In this document: positions 39,575-52,929 of the stretch, in pieces
How positions within the stretch are numbered: the first letter of the stretch is position 1
Layout: each line of letters starts with the position of its first letter
NCBI RefSeq assembly: GCF_036321535.1
Contig: NC_087437.1
Coordinates: 6,386,001 to 6,450,000, forward strand
Direction: 5' to 3'
DNA: 64,000 nt
Source: Camelus dromedarius
Lineage: Eukaryota
Made by a program: the position numbers and the translations under genes
The notes under the pieces: generated by a model
Databases searched by the model: none
What the model was told of the DNA's origin: nothing
Seen by the model: the letters and a program-made list of their open reading frames with translations, nothing else

Positions 39575-40096
39575 TGAGTTACTCAACCAAATGCTATGCT
39601 TTCAGATGCATTTCCCCAGACTTACCCTGTGCTGCTCTGTATCACAGGCAACTGCATTTCCCAAGCAACCTTGCCCTCTGACTTCCAGGCAGATTTGGCC
39701 AGTGGAGAGGCACTGATGGTAAAAGAAGGCAGAAGAGAGAAAAACCCAAGTATTTCTCCTCCATTCTCCCTCCCTCCTGACACACCCTTGGCAGAAGCTT
39801 TGTCTCTTCCCTAACTCCAGTGTCCTCCAGACAGCCCTGTCCTCTGCTGTCCTGGCTTCCATCAGGCAGTCCTAGCCATGGCGGTAGCCCACCCACACCA
39901 GCTTTTCTCATCTTCCTAGAGCCTTAATGGGATCACAGAGGCTTCCAAGAGTTGTTAATATCTGGTTTGTTTCACAGGCCCTTTTGGCTTCTGATCAATT
40001 ACCAGTGCATCCATTTCTTGGATTGAACCTACTGTGAAAGACCCTTGAAAAGACCTACTGTGGTTACCATTTTCCGGATGAATCCTGACTGATTCC
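39575..40096 (+). mobile_element. LTR33-like ERVL LTR
   Basis: actgcatttcccaagcaaccttgccctctgacttcc, tttggccagtggagaggcactg and the end gtggttaccattttccggatgaatcctgactga. Confidence 0.7.
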
Positions 40097-40989
40097 GTGT
40101 TTAAGTATCATTTAAACATTTGTATCAAATAGTGTTAACACCACAGCATACCAAAGCATAAAAATTTTTAATCCTGAAGAAAGCTTATTACATAAAAATA
40201 TTATTCTTAATACAGTTATGGGGGGTGGGAGGGGAAGAAAAGGAACCATGCATTAAATTCGTAAAAGTGAAAATAAAGAATCTAGCATTTTATTGATACC
40301 AAAGTGTTCTACACTGGAATGAAGTCTTAGCTGCAGTGTTTGCCTGAATTAAGTCAATCACTCATAATAAAAATGTCACTTTTTAAAAACTTACTCAGTA
40401 AAGGAGAAAATTGGAAGGAATATGGGAGTTGGAGTCACTGCAGGCCAAGACATCTGTTCAGAGGGAAAAAAAAGTTAAAGCCTTTCTGTCAGTGACTTAT
40501 CATTCAAATTCACGAAATTCAGTCCTTTTTCAAGACAAATCCAACTAATCAGTTGAAATATATACCTTTAAAAATTAATCTTATTTCATATTTTTAAAAA
40601 GATCATAAAATGTTACAGTTGAAGAGTTGCTTTAACCATAAGGAACAAGGGTACAATTTGTAAACAGTTTAGTGTTAACAATGGATTATTACTGGACTTC
40701 TCAACTCCCTTTTTCTGTAATCATAAACTCAAATTCCTTAAGTAGAGCTAGTCTAACTCACCACCCATAAAATATTTCAGGAAATGAAACACTTCTAGAG
40801 CAGAGGGAACATTTATTATTTGTTTTTATTCTGTTAATAAACAATATTTCTTAATCACTGAATTAGTTTGTACTGTATCTTCACAGAAAAATATTAGACA
40901 ATAATCCTCAACTAAAGCAAAAGATCAGTTTAAGATGACAGACTCTGAAAGGGTGAGATCTGTAAAGAAACAGGGGCCTGACATTAATA

Positions 40990-41190
40990 AGAAATATATA
41001 CTGAGCAACTATGCACTGCCTGGCATTTTATGTAAATCACTTCATTTTTCCTAAAACCCTACCAAGCAATTTCACAGTGAGGAGATGGAAACCCAAAAAG
41101 GTTACATAATTAATTGCTCTAGCAAAGAGGAGAAGCAAAATTTGAGTTCAGTCTTGTCTGGCTCTAGTGTCTTTGCCCTGCCCTCTCTGG
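40990..41190 (-). mobile_element. MIR SINE
   Basis: atactgagcaactatgcactgcctggcatt...tttcacagtgaggagatggaaacccaaaaaggttacataatt. Confidence 0.6.
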
Positions 41191-41267
41191 AATAATATTC
41201 CCTGTGGGTGATTTCAAGCCACTACCAAAAAGAAAAGGCAAAAACAACATGACATCTCTAGTTAGGG

Positions 41268-41361
41268 TTTTTTTTTTTTATAGCCTTCTTTTTCTTTTTA
41301 ATGGAGGTACTGGGTATTGAACCTAAGCATGGGCTCTACCACTGAGCCATACCCACCACCC
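41268..41361 (-). mobile_element. Vic-1-like tRNA-derived SINE, internally deleted
   Basis: Minus strand reads gggtatggctcagtggtagagcccatgcttaggttcaatacccagtacctcc plus an A-rich tail; A and B boxes present. Confidence 0.8.
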
Positions 41362-41501
41362 CTAGTATTTTAAATTGTATTTATCAAACTTTCACACATT
41401 TTAACATAAGTAATACTTTTTGAATGAATATAAAGAGAGCTTTACTTAGCATCTACAACGTGTCAAGCTCTGCAAATAAAGATTACAAAAAGGACCTACC
41501 T

Positions 41502-41561
41502 CAAAAAGTGTGTAAGTAATAAACATTTCTCCAAGAAGTGTGTAACTAATAAACATTTCTC
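41502..41561. repeat. 30-bp tandem duplication
   Basis: caaaaagtgtgtaagtaataaacatttctc / caagaagtgtgtaactaataaacatttctc (2 mismatches). Confidence 0.9.
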
Positions 41562-42194
41562 ACTGATACAAAAGTCCTAAAATGAGATCAGCATCACCAA
41601 GCCACCAACCAGCCCACTCCCAAACCTTTGTACATGACTTATCATCACATGCTGACAGACAAGCCTTGTCAGATCTTGGTTAATTATTCCTCCTAGTTGT
41701 CTGATTAATGTCTGAAAACTTGGTGAAATCTGAATTATTATCCCAGGCCACGTGTACAAATTTTGACATTTCCTTCCTAGCAATCCCCGAAATCCTCCAT
41801 ATTACTTCTTTTTTAAAAATGCTCACTCCACTGAAGGAATACATGTCACATCACAACTCAGTACACATATACACGTTATAGAACTAAAACAAAATGTGCT
41901 GATCACCACATTTATGCTGTGCACAATGTACTGGATATTTCCTCATTTTTTTAAATGCTGGAAGCAACCCACCAAAGTGACCTCACAAAGCATTAACGTG
42001 CAGTCTGAACATCACTTTAGAACCCAACACCATTCAGTAAGTGCCCATGCGACATGAGTGCTTTTCCTCCCTCTTCCTCTGCATAATGAAGGAGGAAAAA
42101 GTTAATGAGAAAAATAAAAGGAAGGGAAAAGAAAAGGCACCTTATGCCCCCAAAGGTTTTCCCTAAAGTATGACGGCTCATAGCGGTTATTTTT

Positions 42195-42700
42195 ATTAGA
42201 TACTTTTATTATTATGGTAAAACACAGTAATTTTAATTTTAATAAAAATTAAATTAAAATGTACTATTTCTAACCATTTTAATTGTAAAATTCAGTAGCA
42301 TTAAGTACTTTCACAATGCTGTGCCACCATCACCTGTATTCATTTTCAGAACTTCTTCACCACCCCAAACAGAAACTCCGTACCATTTAAAATAATAACT
42401 CTCCATCACCCCTCCCTATTAGCCCTGATAACCTGTAATTGATTTTTATAATAACGTTTTATAAACATATACAAAACTGACAATAAAATAATGAATCCCT
42501 ATACATACATAACCAAACTCAACAAATTCTCCAATTTTACTGTATTTATTCATCTGTCTCAAACTTCCTATAATTTTATCCCAACTTACTGAAACAATAT
42601 AAAAACTACAGACTCCATTTTTACATAAACACAATGCCATCAGAACAAACAATATTAACAATAATCCCTTGTTATCATCAAATATGACAATTTCATAAAT
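42195..42700 (-). mobile_element. Old L1 3' ends (L1MB-like followed by L1MC-like)
   Basis: aattcagtagcattaagtactttcacaatgctgtgccaccatcacc...ccccaaacagaaactccgtaccatt; a second 3' end starts near 42445. Confidence 0.75.
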
Positions 42701-44425
42701 ATAATCAACTTAATTATGAAAAACATTTTTCACCAAATTTCACTGATCTTCTCAATACAGCAATGATTGCTGAATAATTTTCTGTGTAACTATTTCATAA
42801 AAGATAATATTTTAGACCAAAAATACTACAGTGTTTCAACTGAAAGCTTTCTGCAGAATTCTACAGTAGCGACCCACATTGTTAAGTCAGTAAGGACAGA
42901 CTACACTGTTTTCCACTACAAATCTAGAATATGACTTAGTATGTCAAAAATTGAATGTTTTCTCAGCAAAACACGACAAAAGTAACCTAGTAAACTCTGA
43001 TAGCATTACTTGTTTTTTATAAGCAATCATTAGTAGCTAGAAAATCCTATTTTTAAAAATAGACTACTGGATGAACTTAAAACCAGATTTTAATCAATCA
43101 GTGTTCTTAATAGTTTTGTAGAATGTAAAGATATGACTGTACCTAAAAATCTCTTTGATTCTGCAAAAGAGTCAAACTAGAGTACTGAAGAATTATATGA
43201 ATAAATACTAACTTACAGGTTATACTAGTAATTTTTATTCTGATGAGGAATGACTTTGATTCACAAAGAGTTTGATATCATGAAATAACTCATGTTTGCA
43301 ATATAAAAGATTAGAAGAGATAAGAGACAAAATAGGGGCTCATTCAAATTTAACCTATAATTTTTCACATAGTACAACCACTAGTTAAAAAGAAATCACC
43401 AGCTGGTGGAATATAAACAACCAAAGCTCAAAATATGAAAAACAAAGTCAAATGTAAACAACAAGAAAAAAAAAAACTGTCTACAGGAATTTCATACAGT
43501 ATCTTTTCTAATCCTACGTATTTTTACTAATGCAAAATATATCAGCTTAGAAAGTATAATCTTAACGTTCTTTAAAGTCTGTGATTATAAGGAATTACCT
43601 CCAAGATCAAAAGCAGCACTAACGTGATCTAACTGCACCAAAATTTGCTGCTACTCAATTCCTGTATCACATGAGTGTCTCAAGTAAATCAAGAAAATTA
43701 AAACATTTAAGATGTTTAAGAGGAAGCATTTGTGCATGTGTCTATTTAGATAAAGTTGTGTCATTATCTCTACTCAAACATTTTCAAAGTATTTGATTGG
43801 AAGTTCTAGAACTTCAATGAAAGACAAAGAAGTTCCTAATTTGTTTTTAGTCTTTGTCTCTGTAACCTGAATAAATTCAAACGCTACAAATATATCTCTA
43901 TTACCAATAATCTAAAAATGATGTCATGTTCCAAAAATAAAAATCTCCGAACTGCCTTCATTAAAATTTTTTAAAATTTTGCCATAATAAGAAATATGGT
44001 TGAAAATGCAATCAGATAATATATTCTACACAGTTATCACTACTCAATGAGGGGTAACTGAATAAAGAACAAAAAAACTAGAAAAGAACGTGCAAGGTGA
44101 ACTAGTAATTCCACATTATAAAAGGTTGTATTTCACGTCTTGACTATAAACAAGCAGCAGCAGAGAAAGGAAAATTTAGATCTAAATATTTTATAGAAGT
44201 TAGATTTCTCAATTCAAATAGCAATAATTAGGATGCTCTGACAGCTCTTACTCTAAATTATTGGAGACCAATGAATTTAACTTCTGAAAACTAAACCATA
44301 GTTTTAAGCACATACTTTATAACCATTTTTTGTATCAAATTCCTAAAATATTCAGGTTTACCATAAATTAACCGTCGCCATGAATTTTAACCATGGGGGA
44401 GAGAGAGACAGATACAGATATAGAT

Positions 44426-44465
44426 TGTGTGTGTGTGTGTGTGTGTGTGTGTTGTTGTTGTTGTG
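44426..44465. repeat. (TG)n(TTG)n compound microsatellite
   Basis: A TG run followed by gttgttgttgttg. Confidence 0.9.
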
Positions 44466-44784
44466 GCTGGAAGTCTTTTTAACTTTATAAATAAAGTCAC
44501 TGATCGCATCTTTCCTCCTTACCCACCATGAAGAATGGGAAGCCACCTAACCTGCAGGCAGCTTACACAGCTGATGTGATGCAAAATTAACCATCAACTC
44601 AACAGGTGAAGCCACATGCTGACAATTTCTTAACTTCAAAAAAATGTATCATTGTTTTCAGTGTCCATGACTCTTCAACATTAAAAGTATGATCAACTTT
44701 TTTTGTCATTTGTAAACAATTTCAAATTCTCTGCCAGATTCAATTCACTGTTCTGTCACTCAATAGTAACAATGATCCAGGCTG

Positions 44785-44975
44785 TACTCAGGGCTTTTTA
44801 TAAACATTATTCCCCATGACAGACCTGCAAGGCAGCCTTATCCCCATTTTACAGATAAGAAAACTAAGTGTCAGAGGGTTAAGTCACAGGACCAAGACTG
44901 AATTACTAAATGGTAGAGCCAGATTCTAATCCAGGTCCATCTAACTAACTTTAAGGTCTATTTGTTCTTCCTACT
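44785..44975 (-). mobile_element. MIR SINE
   Basis: ttatccccattttacagataagaaaactaagtgtcagagggttaagtcac...aaatggtagagccagattctaatccagg. Confidence 0.85.
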
Positions 44976-45459
44976 ATTCCAGACTCTTATTTATACTAAC
45001 CTTGTTCATGGGTTAAAAACCATCCTCCACTATTTTTTTCCCCAGAAATCTGCATTTGGGACAGGAGATGAGAATAAAGTCATTTCCAGAAGTTATTTTT
45101 GCAAACACTAAGGTACAATTTTTTCCAAATTCTTCTTGTCTTAACCTTTAATATATAAAACTGTGAATATTAAAAATTTTATTATTGATTGAGCAAGACT
45201 CAAAGTATCCATTAATCACTGCAAAAGGTTTCCAGCAACAACACTGAAGATTCTTAACAGAGCAAAGATCCAAAAGTTGGAGTATTATACTGGTAAAAAT
45301 ATTGCAAAACAGTATCTCTGTTTAAGTATAAATATAATAATTTTCTAAGGTCAAAATAACTATGTGAAGCTCAGAACTGCTTAGTTCTATTAGCATCTTT
45401 CATTCTAAATGTCAGGACCAATCAGAAAATATATCTATCCATGTTTTCTTTAAAATCAG

Positions 45460-46900
45460 AGAGTAATATTTTACAATTCTGTCTGACAATGTCTTTATTT
45501 CACCCTTATTCTTGAAATGCATTTCTACTGGGCACAGAGTACTAAGCTGGCCATTTTTTTCCCAGCATCATGAGATACCATCCCACTGTTTTCTGACTTC
45601 CATTTCTCCTCCTAAGCTGTCAGTGTAACTGCCACAACTACTTTAAAAGTAATCTGCTTTTTGTTCACTGCCAATTTTTAAGATACTCTCTTTGTTGGTG
45701 GTACTCTCCATGTCACTATGGTATGTCTAAATGTATATTTCCTTTTAGCCATTCTGCTTGTATTTCTCAGAACTTAATCAATTTGTGGACTGCTGTTTTT
45801 CACCAGTTCTGAAAAATCCTCAGCTAGGTTATCTTCAAACATTGCCTCCTCTCCCATTATTTCTCCCTTTCACAATTAGAAAACTGATGAAATACTATTA
45901 GACCTTCTAATTCTATGTTCTATAAATCTCAGTCCCTTTCTTTTTATACATTTCTCTGTCTTTCATGCTACATTCTGAATAATTTCTCTCCTATGTCCTA
46001 TGCATTAATTCTCTTTAGTTGTATTTAATCTATCATCAACCACACTAAGTTTTTCATTAGTATTTTTTGTTTCTAGAAGTTTTGTTCAGATCTTTTTCAA
46101 ATCTGCCAAATTTCTCACTCCTTGCAGATATTTTCCATCTTTTTGTAAATATAATGTTGTTTTATAATTGCTGTCTGGTAATTCCAAAATCTGAGGTTTC
46201 TGTGGACCTACTTCAGTCAGTTGTTTCTGCTGTTTTTCACTTATGGTGACTTATTTCCGTCTGTGTTTGGTTATATTTTATTGTAAGCTAATTCTTTGGG
46301 AAATTATTTGTAGGAATTCCCTAGGACCTATGATAAAAACATATTCTACCTGAGAGGACTTTTATTTGCTTCTCCAAGGTACCTAGAACCACTTTAAATT
46401 CACAACTTGAGGCAAGGTTTGTACCACCCAGGCAACACTGAACATGACCTGCAAATCAGGAACAGGGAAGACCTATGGTTATGACTCCTTAAGAACAGGT
46501 TTTTTTTTCAGGTCCGAGGCAGCTGTTCTTGAAGATTCCTGAGAGCACGAGGATGGTAAGGATTTTAATCCAGGTTTAAGCACTGTCTGTGGACGCTCTT
46601 TGGAGTCCCAGTTTTTATAGGTTAAGGATTTCCTATCAGACTCCTCTCCTTGGGCCTATCTTAGCTTTAATTTCTTTATGCTGTGCTTTCTGAGCCCTTC
46701 AAAACCAAAGTAAAAGTTTCCTAGAACGTGGCAAATGTCCTCAGAGGAAAAGCAGTTTTAATATTCTGCTTACTTTGCTGAATTCCTACCTTCATGTAGA
46801 TTTTGGCCTGGTAATTTCTTACCGTCATGTTAGCACTTAAGAAAAAAACTTTTTTTTTCTAGAATTTCTAATTCTTTTCAAGGAATTAACTTTCTCCCTA
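45460..46900 (-). mobile_element. Ancient L1ME/HAL1 ORF1 and 5' region
   Basis: aatgtctttatttcacccttattcttgaa, ccactgttttctgacttccattt and ttctgaaaaatcctcagct are antisense ORF1-like motifs. Confidence 0.65.
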
Positions 46901-46961
46901 CAACCTACCTGACCATAGTATCTTATTTTCAATTTTAAACCGTTTCATATTTTTATATTTA

Positions 46962-49099
46962 AGTCACTACCTCAACATAGTATTGGAAATTCTACTCACA
47001 GCAAGCAAGAAAAAGAAAACAAAAGAGATCCAAACTGAAAGAGAAGAGGTAAAATTGCTACTAGATGTAAATAACATAATACTATATACAGAAAACCCTT
47101 AAGACTCCACACAAAAACTACTAGAGCTGAGAAGCAAATTCAGCAAGGTAGCAGGGTACAAGATTAACACACAGAAATCTGCTGCACTAACAATAAAGTA
47201 TCAGAAAATGAAAGTAAAAAACAATTTCTTTAAAAATTGCATCAAAAAAGAAAAAAAAAATCTTAGGAATAGACCTGACCAAGGAGGTGAAAGATTTGTA
47301 TGCAGAGAACTATAAAATACTGATTAAGGAAATTAAAGATGATTTAAAGAAATGGAAAGATAGCCCACGGTCTTGAATTGGAGGAACTAATATTGTTAAA
47401 ATGGCCATACTACCTAAAGTAATCTACAGATTTAATGCAATCCCTATCAAATTACCCAGGACATTTTTCAAAGAACTAGAACAAATAAACCTAAAATGAA
47501 TATGGAATCACAAAAGAGCCAGAATTGCCAAAGCAATCCTGAAGAAAAAGGACAAAGCTGGAGGAATAATCCTCCCAGGCTTCAGGCAATATTAGAAAGC
47601 TACAGTAATTAAAACAGCATGGTATTGGCATAAAAACAGACATATGGATCAACAGAACAGAACAGAGAGCCCAGAAATGAACCCACACACTTACGGTCAA
47701 TTACTCTTCAACAAAGGAGGCAAGAATATACAATCGAGAAAAGACAGTGTCTTTGACAAGTGGTGTTGGGAAAACTGGACAGCCGCATGTAAATCAACGA
47801 AATTAGAACACTCCCTCATCCCATACACAAAAATAAACTCAAAGTGGCTTAAAGACGTAAACATAAGACACCATAAACCTCCTAGGAGAGAACATAGGCA
47901 AAACATTCTCTGATATAAATCATAACAATGTCCTCCCAAGGCAGTCTACTGAGGTAGTAGAAACAAACACAAAAATAAACAAATGGGGCCTAATTAAACT
48001 GATAAGCCTTTGCACAGAAAAAAAAAATCATAAATAAAATGAAAACAACCCACAGAATGGGAGAAAATATTTGCAAATGATGTGACTGACTAGGGCTTAC
48101 TTTCCAGAATATACAAACAGCTCATACAACTTAGTAACAACAACAACAAAAAACAATCCAAAAGTGGTCAGAAAACCTAAACAAACATTTCTCCAATAAA
48201 GACATACAAATGGCCACTAGGTACATGAAAAACAAAGTTCAATATCGCTAATTATCAGAGCAATGCAAATCAAAACTACAATGAGGTATCACCTCATACC
48301 AGTCAGAATGGCCATCATTCAAAAATCCACAAATGACAAATGCTGGAGAGGCTGTGGAGAAAGGGGAACCCTCCTACACTGCTGGTGGGAATGCAGTTTG
48401 GTGCAGCCACTATGGAAAAGTGTGGAAATTCCTCAAAAGACTAGGAATAGACTTATCGTATGACCCAGGAATCCCACTCCTGGGCTTATATCCAGAAGGA
48501 ACCCTACTTCAGGATGACACCTGCACCCCAATGTTCATAGCAGCACTATTTACAATAGCCAAAACATGGAAACAGCCTAAATGTCCATCAACAGGTGACT
48601 GGATAAAGATGATGTGGTATATTTATACAATGGAATACTACTCAGCCAGAAAAACTGACAACACAACGCCATTTGCAGCAACATGGATGCTCCTGGAGAA
48701 TGTCATTCTAAGTGAAGTAAGCCAGAAAGAGAAAGAAAAATACCTCATGAGATCACTTATATGTGGAATCTAAAAAACAAAAACAAAAACAAACAAAACA
48801 AAGCGTAAATACAAAACAGAAATAGACTCATAGACATAGAATACAAACTTGTGGTTGCCAAGGGGGTGGAGGGTGGGAAGGGATAGATGGGATTTCAAAA
48901 TTGTAGAATAGATAAACAAGATTACACTGTATAGCACAGGGAAATATACACAAAATCTTATGGTAGCTCACAGAGAAAAAAATGTGACAATGAATATATA
49001 TATGTTCGTGTATAACTGAAAAATTGTGCTGAACACTGGAATTTGACACAATACTGTAAAATGATTATAAATCAGTAAAAAATGTTTTAAAAAAAAAAG
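46962..49099 (+). mobile_element. LINE-1 ORF2 (RT to C-terminus), young camelid-type 3' UTR and poly(A)
   Basis: Translates as [43 protein letters not shown] and DTCTPMFIAALFTIAKTWKQPKCPS; the 3' UTR is similar to that of the 5663 copy. Confidence 0.92.
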
Positions 49100-49574
49100 A
49101 AACTGTGGCATATATATGCAATGGAATACTACTCAGCCATAAAAAAGAATAAAATAATGCCACTGGCAGCAACATGGATGGATCTGGAGACTGTCATACT
49201 AAGTAATGTAAGCCAGAAAGAAAAATAACATATGATATTACTTCTATGTAGAATCTAAAAAAAGGACACAAATGAACTTATTTACAAAACACAGACTCAC
49301 AAACATAGAAAACAAACTTACAGTTACCAAAAAGGAAAGGTTGGGGGAGCGATAAATTAGGAGTTTGGGATTAGCAGATACTAACTACTATATACGAAAC
49401 AGATAAACAACAAGGTCATACTGTATAGCACAGGGAATGATACTTAATACTTTGCAATGGCCTATAATAAAAATATGAAAAGGAATATACATATGTATAA
49501 ATGAATCACTATGCTGTACACCAGAAATTAACACAACATTGTAAATCAACTATACTTCAATTTAAAAAGAAAAA
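49100..49574 (+). mobile_element. Second LINE-1 3' end (different, older subfamily)
   Basis: gaaactgtggcatatatatgcaatggaatactactcagcc to cattgtaaatcaactatacttcaatttaaaaa; the 3' UTR type resembles the 13645-13973 copy. Confidence 0.9.
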
Positions 49575-50609
49575 TCACTAAAAGTTTCATTCTGTGAGAA
49601 AGTGTAACACTGACAACAAGGAACAATTTCTTTATTCACCTTGATTCTCTGGTACTGTCTAGGACAGAAACTTGCCAAATCCAAAACATCAATTCCATTA
49701 TAAGAAATAGAGAAATTCTGAAATTAATTCCCAAAATATACATCTGTATAATTGCTAAGGAATTTATTGTTCTACTGATTTTTCCCCACCAACAATAAGT
49801 ATAATGTACAAAAATTCTATATTTGAAACTAATGGAAAATTGACCAGAGTTATAAAAATATGACAAGGGAGAACTGAGTTCAAACTTGTTTTTGCCAAGA
49901 CATAAAATTGTAAAGAAAAAGACTAATATACGGAAGTACATAAAAATGTAATTATTCTTCACAAGAATTGTTTAAATGAATAAGCAAAACTGAAAGAAAT
50001 AATTAATCTATAGCATACAAAAAGCTTCTGGAGACCAATAAGAAAAAGAAAATAAAACACTCTCCCCAAAATGCACAAAGGGCTTAAGTAGGTATTAAAG
50101 AAGTTAAGAATAAAAGCACCCTATCAACTTTTGCCACAGGTTAACCAGGAGCAGTGATTTACACCTTCTGGTAGCAAGGTTATGGGCAAATGTTATTTAC
50201 ATCCTGCACTAAAAGTTGGGTTACAAATTAATATTATCTAGGCAGTTTGGCAACAAGTATCAAAATTTAAATTATACATACCCTCAGATATAATAATCTC
50301 ACTTCTAGAAATAGAATAATAACATCAGTGCATGGGAACTTATGAAAGATAAAATTAAAAAAAAACACAAAAATGATTTAAAGAGTTGTATGCACAATTA
50401 AACCTTAAAAATTAAACTATATAAATAACAGAAAAGGAATATTGTTTAAGAAAAATGGGAACTGGAGTGACTTTTTTAAATTTCACTGTATATTGTACTT
50501 TTTTCTTAATTGATGATCTATTATCATGAGTCTTGGGAGGTGGAAAGTATAGACAAATTAACTCATCCAACAACTGTCATAGTTTTAGTTTTTGTTTGTT
50601 TCTTAGGTC

Positions 50610-51087
50610 TGTGTACTGGATTAAAAATGGTCACAAATTTTGGTCCCTTTCTCCACGAGGGAGATGGAGTTCAATTCTCCTCCCATTAAATCTGGGCTGA
50701 CTGTCTACCTAAGCAGTAGAATACAGCAGAAGTAATCTTCATCGGTTTTAAGCCTAATCTTTAAGATTAGTGGCTGCTACCACCTCCTAACTCTTAGAAT
50801 GCTTGTTCTTGGGACACTCACTCTCCGAGCTCACCAGTCATACCCAAGCCACGTGGAGGCCTCATGTAGGTGCTCTGATCAACAGCCCTAGTTTAGATCC
50901 CAAACAGCAGACAGCTCAACTTCTAGCCGTAAGAGTGAGCTGCCTTAGAAGTGGCAACTGTAACCTCCAATGAGCTGACACCAAGTGAAACAGAAGTAAA
51001 CTACCCCACCAAGTCCTATACAAATAATAGAATCATTACTGCTATTGAAGCTAGTAAGTTTTGGAGTGGCAGCTAAGAACTGGAACA
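50610..51087 (+). mobile_element. MLT1G/H-like MaLR solo LTR
   Basis: tgt...aaaaatggtcacaaatt, cccaagccacgtggaggcctcatgtaggtgctctg and the end taagttttggagtgg...aactggaaca. Confidence 0.8.
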
Positions 51088-51149
51088 GCCTCTTTCTCTA
51101 CTGCAGTATTTTCAGCACCTAGAACAGTACTTGCTGTGGGACATCTGCT

Positions 51150-52150
51150 TTTAAGAGGCACAGCACCAGGAATATGAATACAGATGATGTACACGGCCTT
51201 GGAGCCCATAGAGCAGTCAAAAGTGGGACACAGGATACTAGGTAAAAAGACAATTATAATAAATAATAAATGTCACGGAGTAGTACCAGCTATCTGGCCA
51301 AATAGGAAGGACACAAAGCAGCCCGAGTGGTTTAAGGAAACTTCCTGGACCATTTAAGCTGAGATCTCACAAGAGTCAGTAAGATCAAGAGAGAATATTT
51401 CAAGTTTAAAGTGAGCAAAATCATTAGCAGTTCCCAAAACTCAAAGATTCCAGTACTTTACAGTGAAATCACACAGTACAGGGGAGGCAGAAGGAGACAC
51501 AAGACTGAGAAACAGCTAATGGAGAGTACTGTCAGCCCGCTGTATCAGCGGGTTCTCTGCATGTTCCATCCGTGGTTGCTTGAATCCGTGGATACTGTGT
51601 GCCGACTAGAAGGGACTTGCACATCTGCAGATTTTAGTATCTGCAGCAGGTCTCAGAACCAATCCCCTAGGGATACTGAGGGACAACTGTATTGAACGGT
51701 TTTAAGCCACAGCATAAGAGACTCAGACTAGAGCTTAGAAAGATCACTGGGCTACAGGGACAACAGTCAGAAAATCTTACAGAAACACAGGCAACAGACG
51801 ATGATCTAGAGATCAAGAGATGACATACCAGAGTGGAAGCAGTGCAGATAAAGAGGCAATGGATTCAACGAGAGAATCCACAGGCTTGATGCCTTTATGT
51901 GAGGATTTGGGAAAAGGTAAAAAGTGTCTGCCAGGTTTCTGGCTAGAACAACTAGAGAGATGGTAGTACCACTCAGTGAGAGAGCAAACTTGGAAGGGGC
52001 ATTGGTTTTGTAAGAGAAGATGGTAAATTCAGCTGCAGACATACTGAATGTGAGCTCTCTGTGGCCTGTGCAAAAGTGGAGTTAGCCCCGTAGGCGATCG
52101 GATCCCCAGGTCTAGAGCCCAGGGAAGAAATCAGGTTGGAGATCTGACAA
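51150..52150 (-). mobile_element. L2 fragment interrupted by a Tigger MITE
   Basis: agaaagatcactgggc, gccaggtttctggctagaacaactagagagatggtagtaccactcagtgag and taaattcagctgcagacatactgaatgtgag. Confidence 0.75.
51529..51689. mobile_element. MER2-family Tigger MITE (short)
   Basis: TIRs ctgtcagcccgctgtatc / ggatactgagggacaactg with TA on both flanks. Confidence 0.8.
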
Positions 52151-52929
52151 CAGACTCTTCAGACCCTCTCCTCCCTCTGCAACACTCATCTCTCACTATG
52201 TCCTCTGCAGTCCTCAACCACCTGGTTACAACTGTGCGATACTCTCACAATTTGTCTTCATAAAGTATCTCTCTCTCTCATTTGGGGGAGATGGTTCTAG
52301 TTTCTGAGGAAACCCAAGTTTAATTGTCTTGCAACACCCTTTGCATGGTGGGATGTGTGACGGCCACTTGTCGGGGCATTGTGTAGGTAGTTTTAGTGAC
52401 AATAAGGAAGGGAGTTAGATGGACAGCTCAGGACTACTTCCCAGACTACTGCATCTGGATTCCTGGTCAAAGTAGAAAGAAGGCAGGGAAGCTACTGCAT
52501 GAAAGAAAGAAAACAAGGTATATACCTGGAGACTAAACAGGCAGCCAGAAAATCATTAAAAGGACAAGATCAAAGAAGTTCAGAAAAACAATCAAAAATA
52601 GAAAGGGGGCCAGAGAAAGAAGAGCGGACCTATCAGGCACTTCCCTGCCCCTGCTTCTCCCGTTCCATCCTGCCTTGGCTGCCCCCTGATCTGCTCATCC
52701 CCTCCCAGTGGCCTCCATCACACCCCGTTTTGACAATCACAGGATCTGGGCTGGAGAACTCTAAGCACCACAGGAGGGCTGTAGCTTGAAAAGAAAACTC
52801 ATCATAAGGAGTAGAAAATTACACCACCTGGCCAGAAAAAGAAAGCCATGATCCTTAATACTGCAGACAGGCCAACACATGTTAATGTCACACAGTTTGA
52901 TCTCTCTGCAAAAATGGCTGGCATCTGAT

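Noticed and set aside
48263..48773. 66-aa and 146-aa ORFs
   Set aside because: Frameshifted L1 ORF2 remnants.
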